Of a stretch of 64,000 bases of DNA, positions 47,549-59,420 are shown in pieces. Location of the stretch: the NCBI RefSeq assembly GCF_001949145.1, contig NW_019091358.1, positions 3,094,535 through 3,158,534 on the forward strand, written 5' to 3'. Both the position numbers and the translations under genes were made by a program. The notes beneath the pieces are model-generated. The model was not told the DNA's origin, did no database searches, and saw only the letters and a list, made by a program, of their open reading frames with translations. The number at the start of each line of letters is the position of its first letter. Positions within the stretch are counted from its first letter, which is position 1. The stretch comes from Acanthaster planci (lineage: Eukaryota).

Positions 47549-50500
47549 CAGTTTAGGCAAGAACTGTTGGAATACCGAACTGGCTCATCGGAATAGGGCA
47601 ACTCCATACAGAAGTGGAAATCAGTCATACTCTTACTGGCCTTATTTTTATATATAAACAAAGACCCCTTTTTCAAAAATGAATAGGAAAATAAGAGGTA
47701 ATGATATTACTTGTTCTGTCCACTTTCATGTTCTGAATTTTTTCTGTAATTAAAAATGTTAATGAAGTTGGTAATCGTGCAACCAATTTCCACGTTACCT
47801 TGGCATTGGCCATTGTTTTTATTTGTTCTGAGAGTACGGCAGAAATGTAGTGAAAGAAAGGAACTATTTTGTATTAAAACTGAACCACAGAACTTTGAAG
47901 TACTGTGAAGCACATGTCATTAAACTGAGCCCTTTCTTGAGTTACCGACTGAGATATGACAGTAGTGACTTGTCCACAAAGATTTATTGAAGTGTTGTGT
48001 AAATGGAATCGATGCATTTTTCATACTTGTGCAATGGTAAGAATAAATTTCATTCACTCGCAGATGGAGTGTTGCATTGAACATTTCATGTGTCACTGCG
48101 TAAAAAGCTTTTCTTACACTCATGAAATTTTGTTATTGGCGTTATGTCAGTGGAAAGCAGAAATGTAAGTTCCAGCTGGGCTGGGCTGCTATATACTTGT
48201 ATCTTGGTGGTTCCTTCATCTTTGAGTGACGTCAAGCACGTCCCATTTCCCTTGACAGTTGACTTTGGAAGATAGGACCTACTTTCTTGCCTTCCATGGT
48301 CCCCTTTAGTTCATGGAAGCTTATTGGTACTCCATAACCACGCCATATGTGCTTACACATACCTATGGTGTACATCCCTAACCCTAAACTTGCATAAGAA
48401 TACAGTGGCAAACTGAAGATTTCATCTAGGTAGGGCGCTCAAAAATTTCCAAAAAGTCCCCTTCTCCAACAGAAAAAAAAATTTTGGAGGGGGCTGAGAT
48501 GTGTTATGTCCTGGAACACCACCGCAGTAAAACAGCTTTTTGACCAAACGGTGTAAAATTGCTAACGGCCAATGCAGCACCTTGTGCCCAAATTGACAAA
48601 GCGATCCCTATTCAATGTCTTCTTCACGGAGTGAAAGATGTAAATAACAGTACTTTCCTGGGTTAAAGTTAAAAATGTTTAACATACATGAGAAAACATA
48701 AAATGCAGTGTGCTGCAAGTGGAAACAAGAAATATTTGTGATACTTGCATTTATTAAACACTTTATCCTACTTAGTGACTCTGCTTACTGTACAACATTT
48801 TATTCTGCACTACTCAGGCAAGGCCACCTGTTTACATGTACTTTGTAAGATATCAATGGTTTTCAATTACCACGCCATCTCATTGCAAGGACGATTACAT
48901 TACAGGTTCATTTCAGAGCTGTTAGGTTCTTAAATGCCAAGCTTATAGAGTAGCCTGTGGCGTGAGATTGGATATAATTTAGCCAAAATCAAGGCAGTTA
49001 AAATTTATTTAATATATATTAAAAATGGTAGTCAAATACACCAAGCACAACATTTAAGTGTGTTATTTTTGTGAAGATCAGATCCACCTGAAATGAAGAA
49101 AATATCAGAGATAAATTGGAATTTTACTTTTGCACTTTGTCTTCAGCTTTACACAAGTCACAACTTCACAAAAAGTCACCAATTGTACTGCCATTGTTTG
49201 TATACAGAGAGATCATTCTTAATCATGATCATACAATACAACTAATCTACTTGCCCTAGTCCCCCCTCTCTGGGGCCTATCCAGGTTTGGACGGGATGGG
49301 GAGCAAAATTGAATTTTTTTTGCAACCGTCCAATTTTTTCATCAGTAAAAGAATCCTCATTACCCATCACTACATCCAACAAGATGGCAGTGCTATTTCT
49401 CAATATTTGTGATTTCAATTCCAAAAAAGACAAAATGGCAACTTGTCCCTTTTTTCTCCCCTGCTTGATACCCCTCTACCCACCAACCCCTCATCCGTCT
49501 GCCCCTACAGGAACCTGTATATCAAAGTTTCGTATTTACATTGTCACATTTAACAAAGGAACGGCTAGTAAGACAATACATGTTTACATGTTATATTATA
49601 GTCTATATTTGTACATCTACTTAAATGTTTACATCGGAACACGTTTCTTATTTCTAATTTACATGTAGAGGTGTCCACGAAGTGCACATTTTTTTTTAAG
49701 AAAACAATTTTACAATATTTATTGTCTAGATTTAAGGACAGTAATATGTTACCCGTCACGACAAAATGAGAGTGAAGTCGCATCCCGCTCCTTCCTATAT
49801 TGAGGGTTCGAAGTCCGATTGAAGTTGAGGTCAGTTTAGGGGTTTTGTAATATTTGGAAAGAGTAACCCGTCTCCTATTTTATTCCAAATATTTCGCAGG
49901 ATCTCATATTTACAATGTCATTTTCTCGGCAATTCGGCGATAGCATTATTTGTGTTTGGAACAAAAACGCTGCTCATCTTGTGGTGTGACAGGTGACATA
50001 TCTTCAGAATTCTAACATCTTTTCTTCAAATGAATCAACAGATGGACCTTCATAATGAACCACCATCAAAGTATTTTTTTCCAATTTTCATGACCATTGA
50101 AGTAACCTCAGAAACAGTTTTGATTTGACTTACACATTACCATGGTCCAGCCAGTCCTGCTGTTTCTATGCTTAAATTGAATTAAGAACATTTAATGAAC
50201 ATAAGGACATTAAATGATAGCATTGTAATTTCACTTATCGCATGTCGAATTGGGTGCCTGGTCAAATAGTTGTCAAACAGGCTAAAGAACGTGCTATATC
50301 CTATTACTTCCTGTTTTCACAACTTTCACCTTGGGATGATTTTTGGGTTTTGTTTGTAACATTTAGTTTAATGAATCATTTCATCATTTAATGAATCATC
50401 GAAGAAATATAATTGTATGCTATCATAACGCAGTGTTTAATTTATACTGATCTGATAAATTGATTTCATTTATTGCGTGAAAAATTTAGGGCTTACTATA

Positions 50501-51389
50501 ACGGGAGTTTTTACTGTCATATGGAAACTTCCACATTGAAGAAGTTGAAATAAAAAAGAAGTTGGAACGACGAAGTGAAATTTCATGATGTTTGAAATCG
50601 ATGTCTGTTTGCTTGCATGTATGGGATTTCTTAGGGGGCTGGAGTGGATTGGTGCAACGTGCGCTGTAGTTTGTGGACTGTTTTCTTGAGTTGTCTATTG
50701 AAATAGCACCTAGAAAAGCCTTTATCAGTTTGTTTTATGAGGAGTTTGTCGTGTAATTAAGAGAAAATTTAAAATACATTTCCGTTTGTTATCAACAGCA
50801 CACCCTAAAAGCTCTAAGTACATTATACAGTCAAGTTTCAATGTATTTCTTTGGTAATTAAGTTCGAAGATTAAATCTTACAGCTTTCACAATGTTGTCA
50901 TTTCCCGACAAATTATCTCAGGATGTTATCATCCAACTTTTAGGATGTCGCCATCCCATGATTGATTATCTCAGGATGTCGTTTATCCAACTTTTAAGTT
51001 GTCATCCCGTGAAAAAAAAATGTCAGGATTTCATCAAGTCGTATGGCACTTCCAGAGCTCCGTAGAATCACACAAAAGGGACGCCCTAATTTGTGCAAGC
51101 TGTTGCCATGCATGCATGCAACTGTCCAATTTCCAATAGTGAGCTCCGTTGCTGAGCAAGACATACGGCACCTGTACACCACCTGATTACTTGTCATTAA
51201 AGGTGCACTCTTTAAAGCCCTGTATCTCCTGAAGTACATGTTCTATCAGGTTGAAACTTTGCAGATAACTTGAAAGAGAGGTGTTACATATGAAAAAAGA
51301 CTTGATGTGATTATGCCTTAGTTGTTAAAATGTACAAAAGAATGCGGAAAAGCCCTCTGTTCTGTTGGCAAACAGACAGATAACCTCTC

Positions 51390-51522
51390 GTTTTTGTTGT
51401 TTTTTTTCTTCTTCTGTCTTGTTTTTGTTTGTTTGTTGGGGTGTTTGTTGGGGTGTTTGTTTGTTTGTTTGTTTGTTTGTTTGTTGGGGTGTTGGGGTGT
51501 TTGTTTGTTTGTTTGTTTTTTG
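51390..51522. repeat. (TTTG)n compound microsatellite
   Basis: GTTT repeats interrupted by GGGGT units. Confidence 0.9.
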
Positions 51523-51570
51523 ACACGCTTCCGTAAAAATCGTCAGCTGCCGTTGGACGTTATAAAAGTG

Positions 51571-52209
51571 TTAGCCACACAGACTTTGGATGAAGCTGAC
51601 CCACTCATTGATGCAGGCAATGCAACACTGAATGGGGCTCTTGGTTTGGGTAACGGAGAAGGTGTGGTTTAGTAGGCAGAAGCTTTGGGTCGAATAACCT
51701 CGAGTTAGGCTGATGGCAGAACACTGAAAGGTTCTGGTCAACCTTGTGGCATGACGCTCACATATGGTGTACCTCCGAGGATAACAATCAGTTCCAAACC
51801 ACCGCCTTCCAGATTCAGCCAGTATCACACATAGATCATCAGGCTCACTTGATGTATTGAATGTGAAGTACCCTTCAGGACCACTAAGATTCTGAAAGCA
51901 CGTCAGTGTGTTGTTAGGTAATTTGGCTGTACAGCCCAGCCACAAACTTCTCTCAGGATTCGGCCAAGTTTCTCGAAGCAGCCCATAGAGGAAATCATTC
52001 TCAGCCTTTGAGTTAGGAACGGCCAAGTTGCCGTTCATCCTTTGGCACGTCTCTTGTGCTTCAGCCATTCCCAGCTGAGTGTCTATGACGGCCATCCAAC
52101 AGGACTGACAGTTGGGTATCCAGCCCAATGGACATCTCGGTAGAGTGTTTAGTGAGTGGATTTCAGCTGCTCCAAGCAACAGGACAAAAAGTTTGCACAA
52201 CACCATCAT
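51571..52209 (-). CDS. Intronless secreted C-type lectin-like protein with truncated PAN/Apple domain (copy 1; possible pseudogene)
   Basis: 212-aa ORF: signal peptide, CPLGW..SCW, EAQETC..GNLAVPNSKAENDFL, LWLGC, CV..W..C..YTICE (CTLD), then CLLNHTF..PIQCCIAC (PAN start). Similarity to copy 2 ends abruptly at 51608, so the PAN C-terminal half is missing. Confidence 0.85.
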   Translation of the reverse strand: MMVLCKLFVLLLGAAEIHSLNTLPRCPLGWIPNCQSCWMAVIDTQLGMAEAQETCQRMNGNLAVPNSKAENDFLYGLLRETWPNPERSLWLGCTAKLPNNTLTCFQNLSGPEGYFTFNTSSEPDDLCVILAESGRRWFGTDCYPRRYTICERHATRLTRTFQCSAISLTRGYSTQSFCLLNHTFSVTQTKSPIQCCIACINEWVSFIQSLCG

Positions 52210-52892
52210 TTGAGCTCAATTTGTGTGCCGCTTTGTTTCTTGTGGTGCTTTCTGTGCGTTCTACAGACCTTTCATGTGTTTTTCTTACTTGTTTCGACTC
52301 AAAGCAGATTTCCAATTGCGCGGTGAAGGATATTTCAAACCGAACTGTGGATTGCATCTGAGCTGCGTGCCGAATTTAACTTCTGTGAAAGAAGTGACAG
52401 CAACGCCCTAGTAATTTCAACGATCCCGGCGCACGATCGATCATGACCAGAGGAACACATATGTTGTGGCTATTTCCAGTTGTGATAAAAAGCGACCGGC
52501 TCCTGCCTGCTCATTTTGAACTTTATTAAAACACCTTACTCCGTGGAAATGGAGGACGCGTGGAAATATATATATATATTAATGGAGAAGTGTCATAAAT
52601 TCAGCAATGTTGTTTTCACATGCTACGTGTTTTGCACGGTGCACAAACTACACCCTGACCAGCCAACATACAGTCTGAGGGTTGGAAAATCAAAACCATA
52701 CAGCTTCATTCTTCCAATTAAACACGATTTAAACCCTAGTTAGCACAAACTATGAAGTAGCAGAAACTGACCAATTGGCAAATCTCAACATAGTATAGTC
52801 AGCAATAGTGGAAGCTGGAATTCAGCTCTATATAAGCCACGGACTGGACCAAGAAAGGGCGCAATTTTCAGAGTTGAAGATTCGAGCCACTC

Positions 52893-53048
52893 GACCAGGA
52901 CTCGAAGCTGACTCGAGTCGCTATTTTTGTGACTCATGATATGATTTGTAACTATCAATTTTGACTTGTGACTTGACTTGCGCTTACGAATATGACTTTT
53001 GACTTGACTTGGACTGGCTTATTTTGACTTGTTACCAACACAAGTCAA
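52893..53048. mobile_element. hAT-like MITE fragment with GACTTG/GACTCG repeats
   Basis: GACTCGAGTC followed by multiple GACTTG units, typical of hAT subterminal arrays. Confidence 0.45.
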
Positions 53049-54799
53049 AAGCGTTTCAATCGAACCATTAACGTTTTGAATTAGGCCTATCAACCAGCTT
53101 AAGACTTAGGTCGCTCGTGGTTGAAAGTAAGGAGTCAAGACGCAAATATGGAATTCCATATCTGCCGTCTCCCGTCACATGTTGCTTTTTGTTGTGTCCC
53201 AATTCTGCCATATACCACTTCCAAACATGCCATTTTCCGTCGTGCGTCGCCCGTCGTGCGTCGTCCGTCGTCATGAAAGTGTGTGGGGGGTCGACTGAAT
53301 AGCTCATCCCCACCCCTAAAGGGGGGGGATTATATCCCGCATTCCCTGGATTAACGCCCATGACTCAGGTTATATAGACCTATTACTGGAGTTATACCCT
53401 TTCCATCTTTCATCCAAACTGCATTTCCACCCTTTATCCATTCTTACGCATGTTTTCGGGCAAATCTGAAAAATTTTGCCGTGTCTTGAAAGTTGCAGGC
53501 CAGTACCTTGGCCCAAAATTGGTTGCGCAGACCAATCACGATTGCATGCTGTCGAATCAGTTTCTGCTGTCTGAGAACTTCATGGCACATGGACTGGATA
53601 GTTTGAACAATGAAAATGAAAAGAAAGCTGAAAAGAAGAGATGAGAGCAAGTAACATGGACTGCCAGCTTGTATTTCAGAAAGTGTTGGACAAAACGGGG
53701 TTCTCCAAATTTTGCTTTTGGAGGTGATTGTCTCTGGAGATGTTATATCTTCGAAATTTATCGGTTAAGCCACTAAAAACTGATAAAAACTGATGCCGAA
53801 CTTTGAAACGTGTCTTGAACAACTGACAAACTTGTATTTTCGTAATTATTCAAGGGAATTTATCACTGCTGTCTATGAGAGAATTTAACATTGCGCATTT
53901 TCCTCTTATCAACAGAACACCCCGCAAAATTTCCAGTACACCATAAAGTCATGTTTTATGTATTCCATTTGAAATGAAGTTCAGATATTAACTATTAATC
54001 GTTAATGCAATACGTTCCGCTCCAAACATCTTTTAGGTTATTAGATATTGATGTCAAGGGTGCAAAATTTTAAATTGCATTTGTTAAAGCTGAAAGAAAC
54101 CGCAAAAATTAGGCTACTCCATGCGATTTTCCCTGCAACTTTAGACATTTGAAATGTTTAATGTACCATCTACATTAATAGGTGCATTATCAGACCGGCA
54201 CTGATAGACAGTAAAGGTACAATTCAAGTGCTGGTACGCTTATCCTAACTGACAGCCAGTGAAGGCAACTCTCTTCAAGGACACATTTTGCAACATGCCT
54301 AACAAAGATTGCCAGAAAGGCATTACAGTAGGCCCCTACGCTTCAGTATTTTCTTAATTCGATCATAACATTCAAATAAAGTGTTATCAATAGCCACTGC
54401 CGTTTATCATTTCAAGAGAAAATAGAAAATTTATACCTGGGCTTTGAGGTCCTGATTACACGATGCTGACCATAAAATGGTAGACTACTGTCTGATTCTT
54501 GTTACTTGTTTCATTTTTATTTATGCAAGTATCCGTAAAATATTCTTCGGTGACTAAAATGTACCGTGTCTGACGAGTACAGCATATAGCAGTGGTAGTG
54601 GCAATGGGGCTGCACAAAGGTTACAGGGTTTGATGCCCCTTTTTAAAAAAAAAAAAAAGATCGCGGGGAGCATACCCTGCCCCCCTGCGCCCGCCATTTA
54701 GCAATAAATAGGTTGGAAAGTATTCCAATCAAAATTTTCCAGTGCAGCTCACATAGTGTGAATTTGAAAGTACAGGGACAAAAAAACACTACTTTCAGT

Positions 54800-55132
54800 C
54801 CCACAAGGCAAAACAGTGAAAAACGCACTCTCCATAAGACTGAATCGCTCATAAATTCACTCTAAAAGAGTGAAAGCCACTCTTGAGAGTAAAACACCAC
54901 CCTTAAAAGAGTGAAATCACCCTAAAAGAGTGAAAATCACCTTAACAGAGAAGCCATATAACTCGAACGAGAGTTGTCCTTTCTACGGCTCCTTGAAAAA
55001 GCAGAAAGTTCACTCTATGTAGACTAGGTTTCACTCCTTTTAGAGTGGTTTTCACTCATTTGGACTGGATTTCTGATGAGGGACTCACTCTTTTTTAGAG
55101 TATTTTTACTCTTTTCCATTGGCGAGAGTGGG
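54800..55132. mobile_element. EnSpm/CACTA-like MITE with inverted subterminal AAAGAGTGAAA / TTTCACTC repeats
   Basis: CCCAC..GTGGG ends. The left half carries repeated AAAAGAGTGAAA and the right half repeated TTCACTC. Confidence 0.6.
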
Positions 55133-55598
55133 CTGCAGCTGGAAAGGGCTCAAGTGCAAAAACCCAGATTGTCAAGAACTTTAATCCTAAACATCCGAAT
55201 TCCTTCAATTTAAAGGCATATTTACATACACCCTTGGGGATCAGACAAACAGGAATACCCTTCTTGTCGTCCATTAGGCTGCATTCTTTCCAGAAAAAAA
55301 AACATGTCAAACAGGACAGATGAACAAAATCTCAGGACCCACTGCATTGCTTCAACCGTTTTCTCACCTTGTTCTACAGAGCCACAATTCCTAACAATGA
55401 TGGAAAAACAGTAATTGGGTTCGTGATCAAGTCATGGAGCGACATTTGAAAATACTCGCGCTGGCAAACAGGATTGAAAATATAAGTAAAATTTCACCCA
55501 ATTTTTAGCAAACTTTAAAGGTACTTCGTTGAATAAAATCAAGTTCTGGCTTCCAATAACTTCAATAATCTTCATTACTTGTTCAATTCAACGCGAAC

Positions 55599-56326
55599 TT
55601 ACTTCATTTCATAGTATCTACAGTCCTCTTCTAGGTTCAAGTACTTGCCTTGGTCAACCTGGCCGATGGTGGCATTATTTAGTTGACACGTCTGCCTCGA
55701 CAGATTGAAGGAGTGGCACTTGGGATCTTTGATGCAGGCAATGCAACACCGACAGGGTTCTTGGTCTGGGTAACGGAGAAGGTGTGGTTCAGTAGGCAGC
55801 AGCTTCGGGTGTGGCCAGCGTGATCGATGCTAATGGCAGAACACTTAAGGGTCCTGGTGAGACTTGTGGCAGGACGCTCACATATGGTGTACCTCCAACG
55901 ATAACAATTAACTCCAATCCACCGCATTCCAGATTTAGCCAGTACCACACATCGCTTATCAGGCCTACTGGATGTGTCGAATTTGTAGAACCCTTCAGGG
56001 CCGGTGAGATTCTGAAAACACGTCAGTGTGTTGTTAGGTAATTTGGCCATACAGCCCAGCCACAAATGTCTCCTCCCATTCGGCCACGTTTTTTTGAAAA
56101 GTTGACTGAGGAAATCATTTTCAGCCTTTGAGTTAGGAACAGCCAAGTTGCCGTTCCTCTGTTGGCACACCTTTTGGGCTTCAGTCAATCCAAGCTTTGC
56201 GTCTCTAACGGCCTTCCAATAGGACTGACCACCAGGTATCCAGCCAAATGAACATCTGGCTAGGATGTCTAGTGACTGGATTCCGGCTACTCCAAGCAAA
56301 AGGACGAAGAGTTTGCAAAGCACCAT
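55599..56326 (-). pseudogene. Intronless secreted C-type lectin + PAN/Apple gene (copy 2) with a 1-nt frameshift in the PAN domain (pseudogene, null allele or assembly error)
   Basis: ORF 56326-55679 aligns end to end with copy 1. Adding one base at about 55750 restores NPVxCCIACIKDPKCHSFNLSRQTCQLNNATIGQVDQGKYLNLEEDCRYYEMK*, a full PAN/Apple pattern (C..C..C.SFN....C.L), with the stop at 55601-55599. Confidence 0.8.
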
Positions 56327-57479
56327 CTTTTCATCTGAAAATTATGTGCCGTTCTGTTTCTTATGGTACTTCTCGTATGTCTCAAAGATCTTTCGTATAC
56401 TTTTAGGCCTAAAGTTGTCTCGACTCGGAGGTGGTTTCGAATTGCACAATGAAGAAATAATACAGGCACCATAAATCACGAGCGAGCTCAGTGAACAGAA
56501 CTTTACTTCTGTGAAAGACCGTGCCGGCGAGGCCGGTGATTTCAGCGATCCCGGGAACAATCAAATAGTCGCTCTTGACTGGAGGAATACGCCGTCTCGC
56601 AGCTGTTTCCAATAATGCGTGACAAAAGCGATCGACTCCTGCCTCGTTATTATTTCAACGTTTATAATGTCTCATAGGCCTAATTACACCTGGCCTTTAC
56701 GGAAATTGGAAAACTCATGACAACTCCTGAACGGGAAGGACAGACGAGAGTAGGACAGATTTTCACTGCAATCTTGTTCCCATTTATACCTTCGAAGCAC
56801 AAAAGCATATCGGGCCGATACACTGAGCAAAAACCCTGACACGCTGAAGATCCCCGATACGCTTCTGTTTTCCTGGGGAATGCGAATATTAAGTTTAAGA
56901 ACCGTTGCAATCAGAGGTTTGAAAAAAGAATTCTTCAAAAACACCGACTAAATGTTACCACAATATCGGCAAAATGCACTCGAAATGGAACGAAACTTCC
57001 ACAACGCGACATAGTGCACGCGTCGCACACACGCACAAGTTTTCATAGGACAGCAGCTATAGCTCTTCGGAGACATCACGTACGCCCGGCATGCACAATA
57101 CTGGTTCCCGCCGCTCGCTGACAAATTGATATCAAGATTAGACGGGTTAGGAGCCCGAGACTACAGCTCCGGATCGATTCGGTGCACAGCCGCAATGGCA
57201 TGCTGGCAGCTTGCCCGAACCTTTCAAATAGTGTCCCCTTGAAAGCTATCGAAGTAAGCTACAACTAACTAACTTGTCAAAAACTTGGGTTCCTCTCTCT
57301 GCAGTTTCTTCTATTGCATTTATATCGATGGTTATTTTGACATGCTTTGTCGTGGTTTACGAGGACGCTTTTTTGGTAAGACCGTGGCACACGGGTCTCG
57401 GTGGTCGGTGGTACGAGTACTGAAGTGTGACGTCACTCTGAACCAGAAAGTGCAGTGCACAAGAATGGATTTCATTGGT

Positions 57480-58913
57480 ATTATGGCAAACATGAAGATG
57501 GAGGATCTCTCGCATGAGTTGAATGTAGAAGTCCAGAGCTGACCCAGCGTCTTTTGGAAACTGACATCCATTTTCACCAATCATGTACAACACATGTCAT
57601 AAACATCTTTGTCACATGGAATGTTCTTTCTCGATGTACATTCGTCTTGACAGGCTAGAATGTCGACGGTTCATCAGACATCGGACACAGGTAGTCAATG
57701 AGGCCGTGGCAATTCTGGCATGTAGTACATAACATCAGGACGACCACTTGGTGAATGGGCATTTCTTGATGGAGGGATGAAGTGTCGATTCCACGTCGTG
57801 ACTATATCAAGATCACCCTGCAGTAACATACCAAATACGAGTAAATCAAAAGTTAAGATATTAACACAATCGTTATCACAGCCAATCTATATTTGCAAAA
57901 CGACAAACCAAATTCAGTTGCGCAGTATAGCCCGTGTAGACTCACTGTTGACAAGATCTGTTAGCTTTTGAATATGTTTGAGGTATGGTGCAACCCCCAA
58001 AACGAAGGATAATGTTCAGGTTGATGTTCGCTCGATAAATAGTTCCAATATCTCTAACTTATGCTGGGTCCTATACCTGAATAAGACTCAGGAAACAGAA
58101 ACGCATCAAATTCACATCCAGGAAGTATCCGCCGAATTGGCCATCGTCCAGCATCTGGCGGAAGGAGCGCATCCAATAGTCTGTGCATTCCCTCCTGAGG
58201 AGTGACCACAAATACCCAATACGCTGATTGGCGGTACTAATTGTTCCTTCTAAGTAGCTGAGATCGCCTGCCATGGCGTCATTGTCCTCCATTCGCATGA
58301 ATCTCTGCACGCACATACACGTTTTCAGCACCAGCATTACCGCGTACCATTCGTGGACATCCGCTTCGAGATTTTACTACTGCTGTGAAGTAGCCGCCAA
58401 TCATCTTGGGTCGGAGTTAGTATGATACGCATTCAACCACAAAATTGTCCTCGAGAATCCATCCGCACACAAGTTGATGCACACTCCGTATCTTTTGAGT
58501 TTGTCATAACTGTCCAAATGTCACAGGTAGTTTGGACCCTTTGATGAGTAATATCGGCGAAGCAATCTTCTCCTTCTTCTTTGCGCATTCCCCTCTGGGT
58601 CCAACACGGCCAAAATGACACGGACATCCTCCTTTCTGCATTGCAGGTTACGTAGTACGCATTTCTCATACATCCACCTATCCCCGTGCAATTTTCCCAA
58701 AGTTTGTATCTGTGCACAAATAAATTCAATCACGTCTCCAATGCCACTGTAGTTCTTCCTTCTAAAGATACCAAGTTCTCTCAGTAGCCGTTTTAGCTGA
58801 CGCAGTGAAAATACAACTCCATGTACAATTGCAAGTATCCTGACAATGTCTTGGTACAATAAACCGATATAAAAGTATACCTTAATTGCCTGATGAACAT
58901 CATCTGTGATCAT
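57480..58913 (-). pseudogene. Decayed DDE integrase-core transposase of IS3EU-like eukaryotic DNA transposon
   Basis: N-terminal HTH-like region (IKVYFYIGLLYQDIVRIL..SLRQLKRLL), then DPEG..RRRRRLLRRYYSSKGPNYL*HLDSYDKLKRYG..DGFSR.ILWL..TNSDP, GCPRMVRGNAGAEN, STANQRIG.LWS.LRR. An intron at 57818-58076 is followed by WNRH..SGRPDVMYYMPE and a terminal helix ALDFYIQL. Disabled by a TGA at 58521-58523, several frameshifts, and apparent D>N and E>G changes at catalytic positions. The 3' end is approximate. Confidence 0.88.
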
Positions 58914-59224
58914 TTTCTTTAGTCGTTTCTCAACTCCTGCTTATACCTATTAAAAGAATAAATCGGAAGTATATTATGGAAAGAAACAAATCTGGTCAAA
59001 TGTTGAGGATTTTGGTTTTCGGTTTCTTAAGGTGCAGCATTACGTTATGACGGATTATCCTGACTTCCACAAGGCCTCAATGACAATGTGACTGATTGTT
59101 TGGAATGAATAAATAATATAATTCGTGAAAACTCACCAAACATCTTTTGACCTACCTTACTATAGAAGTGGTAAGTGAAACTTGGAGGAACTCGAGAGCT
59201 TGCTTGAAAAGTCACACCTCTTCA

Positions 59225-59420
59225 TGCTATTTGGAGGGGACGAAATCATCATATCGAGGGAACGAAATCAATATTTCGAGAGAACGAAATCAACATTTCG
59301 AGGGAACGAAATCGTGTATTACGAGGGAACAAAATAATATATTACGAGGGAACGAAATCATAATTCGAGGGAACGAAATAAAAAAATCCTCATTGTGCCT
59401 GTCCCTTCAGGGGCTCCGTA
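59225..59420 (-). mobile_element. 5' terminus of the IS3EU-like element with subterminal repeat array
   Basis: About 7 degenerate copies of (T/A)CGAGGGAACGAAAT at roughly 20-22 bp spacing, ending in ..CTTCAGGGGCTCCGTA (reverse complement TACGGAGCCCCTGAAG). This fits the TAY.. terminus described for IS3EU and lies directly upstream of the transposase. No matching opposite terminus was found. Confidence 0.65.

Noticed and set aside
58521..58523. In-frame TGA at a conserved Trp of the transposase as recoding or an alternative genetic code
   Set aside because: The same frame also has frameshifts and mutated catalytic residues; simple TGG>TGA decay explains it.
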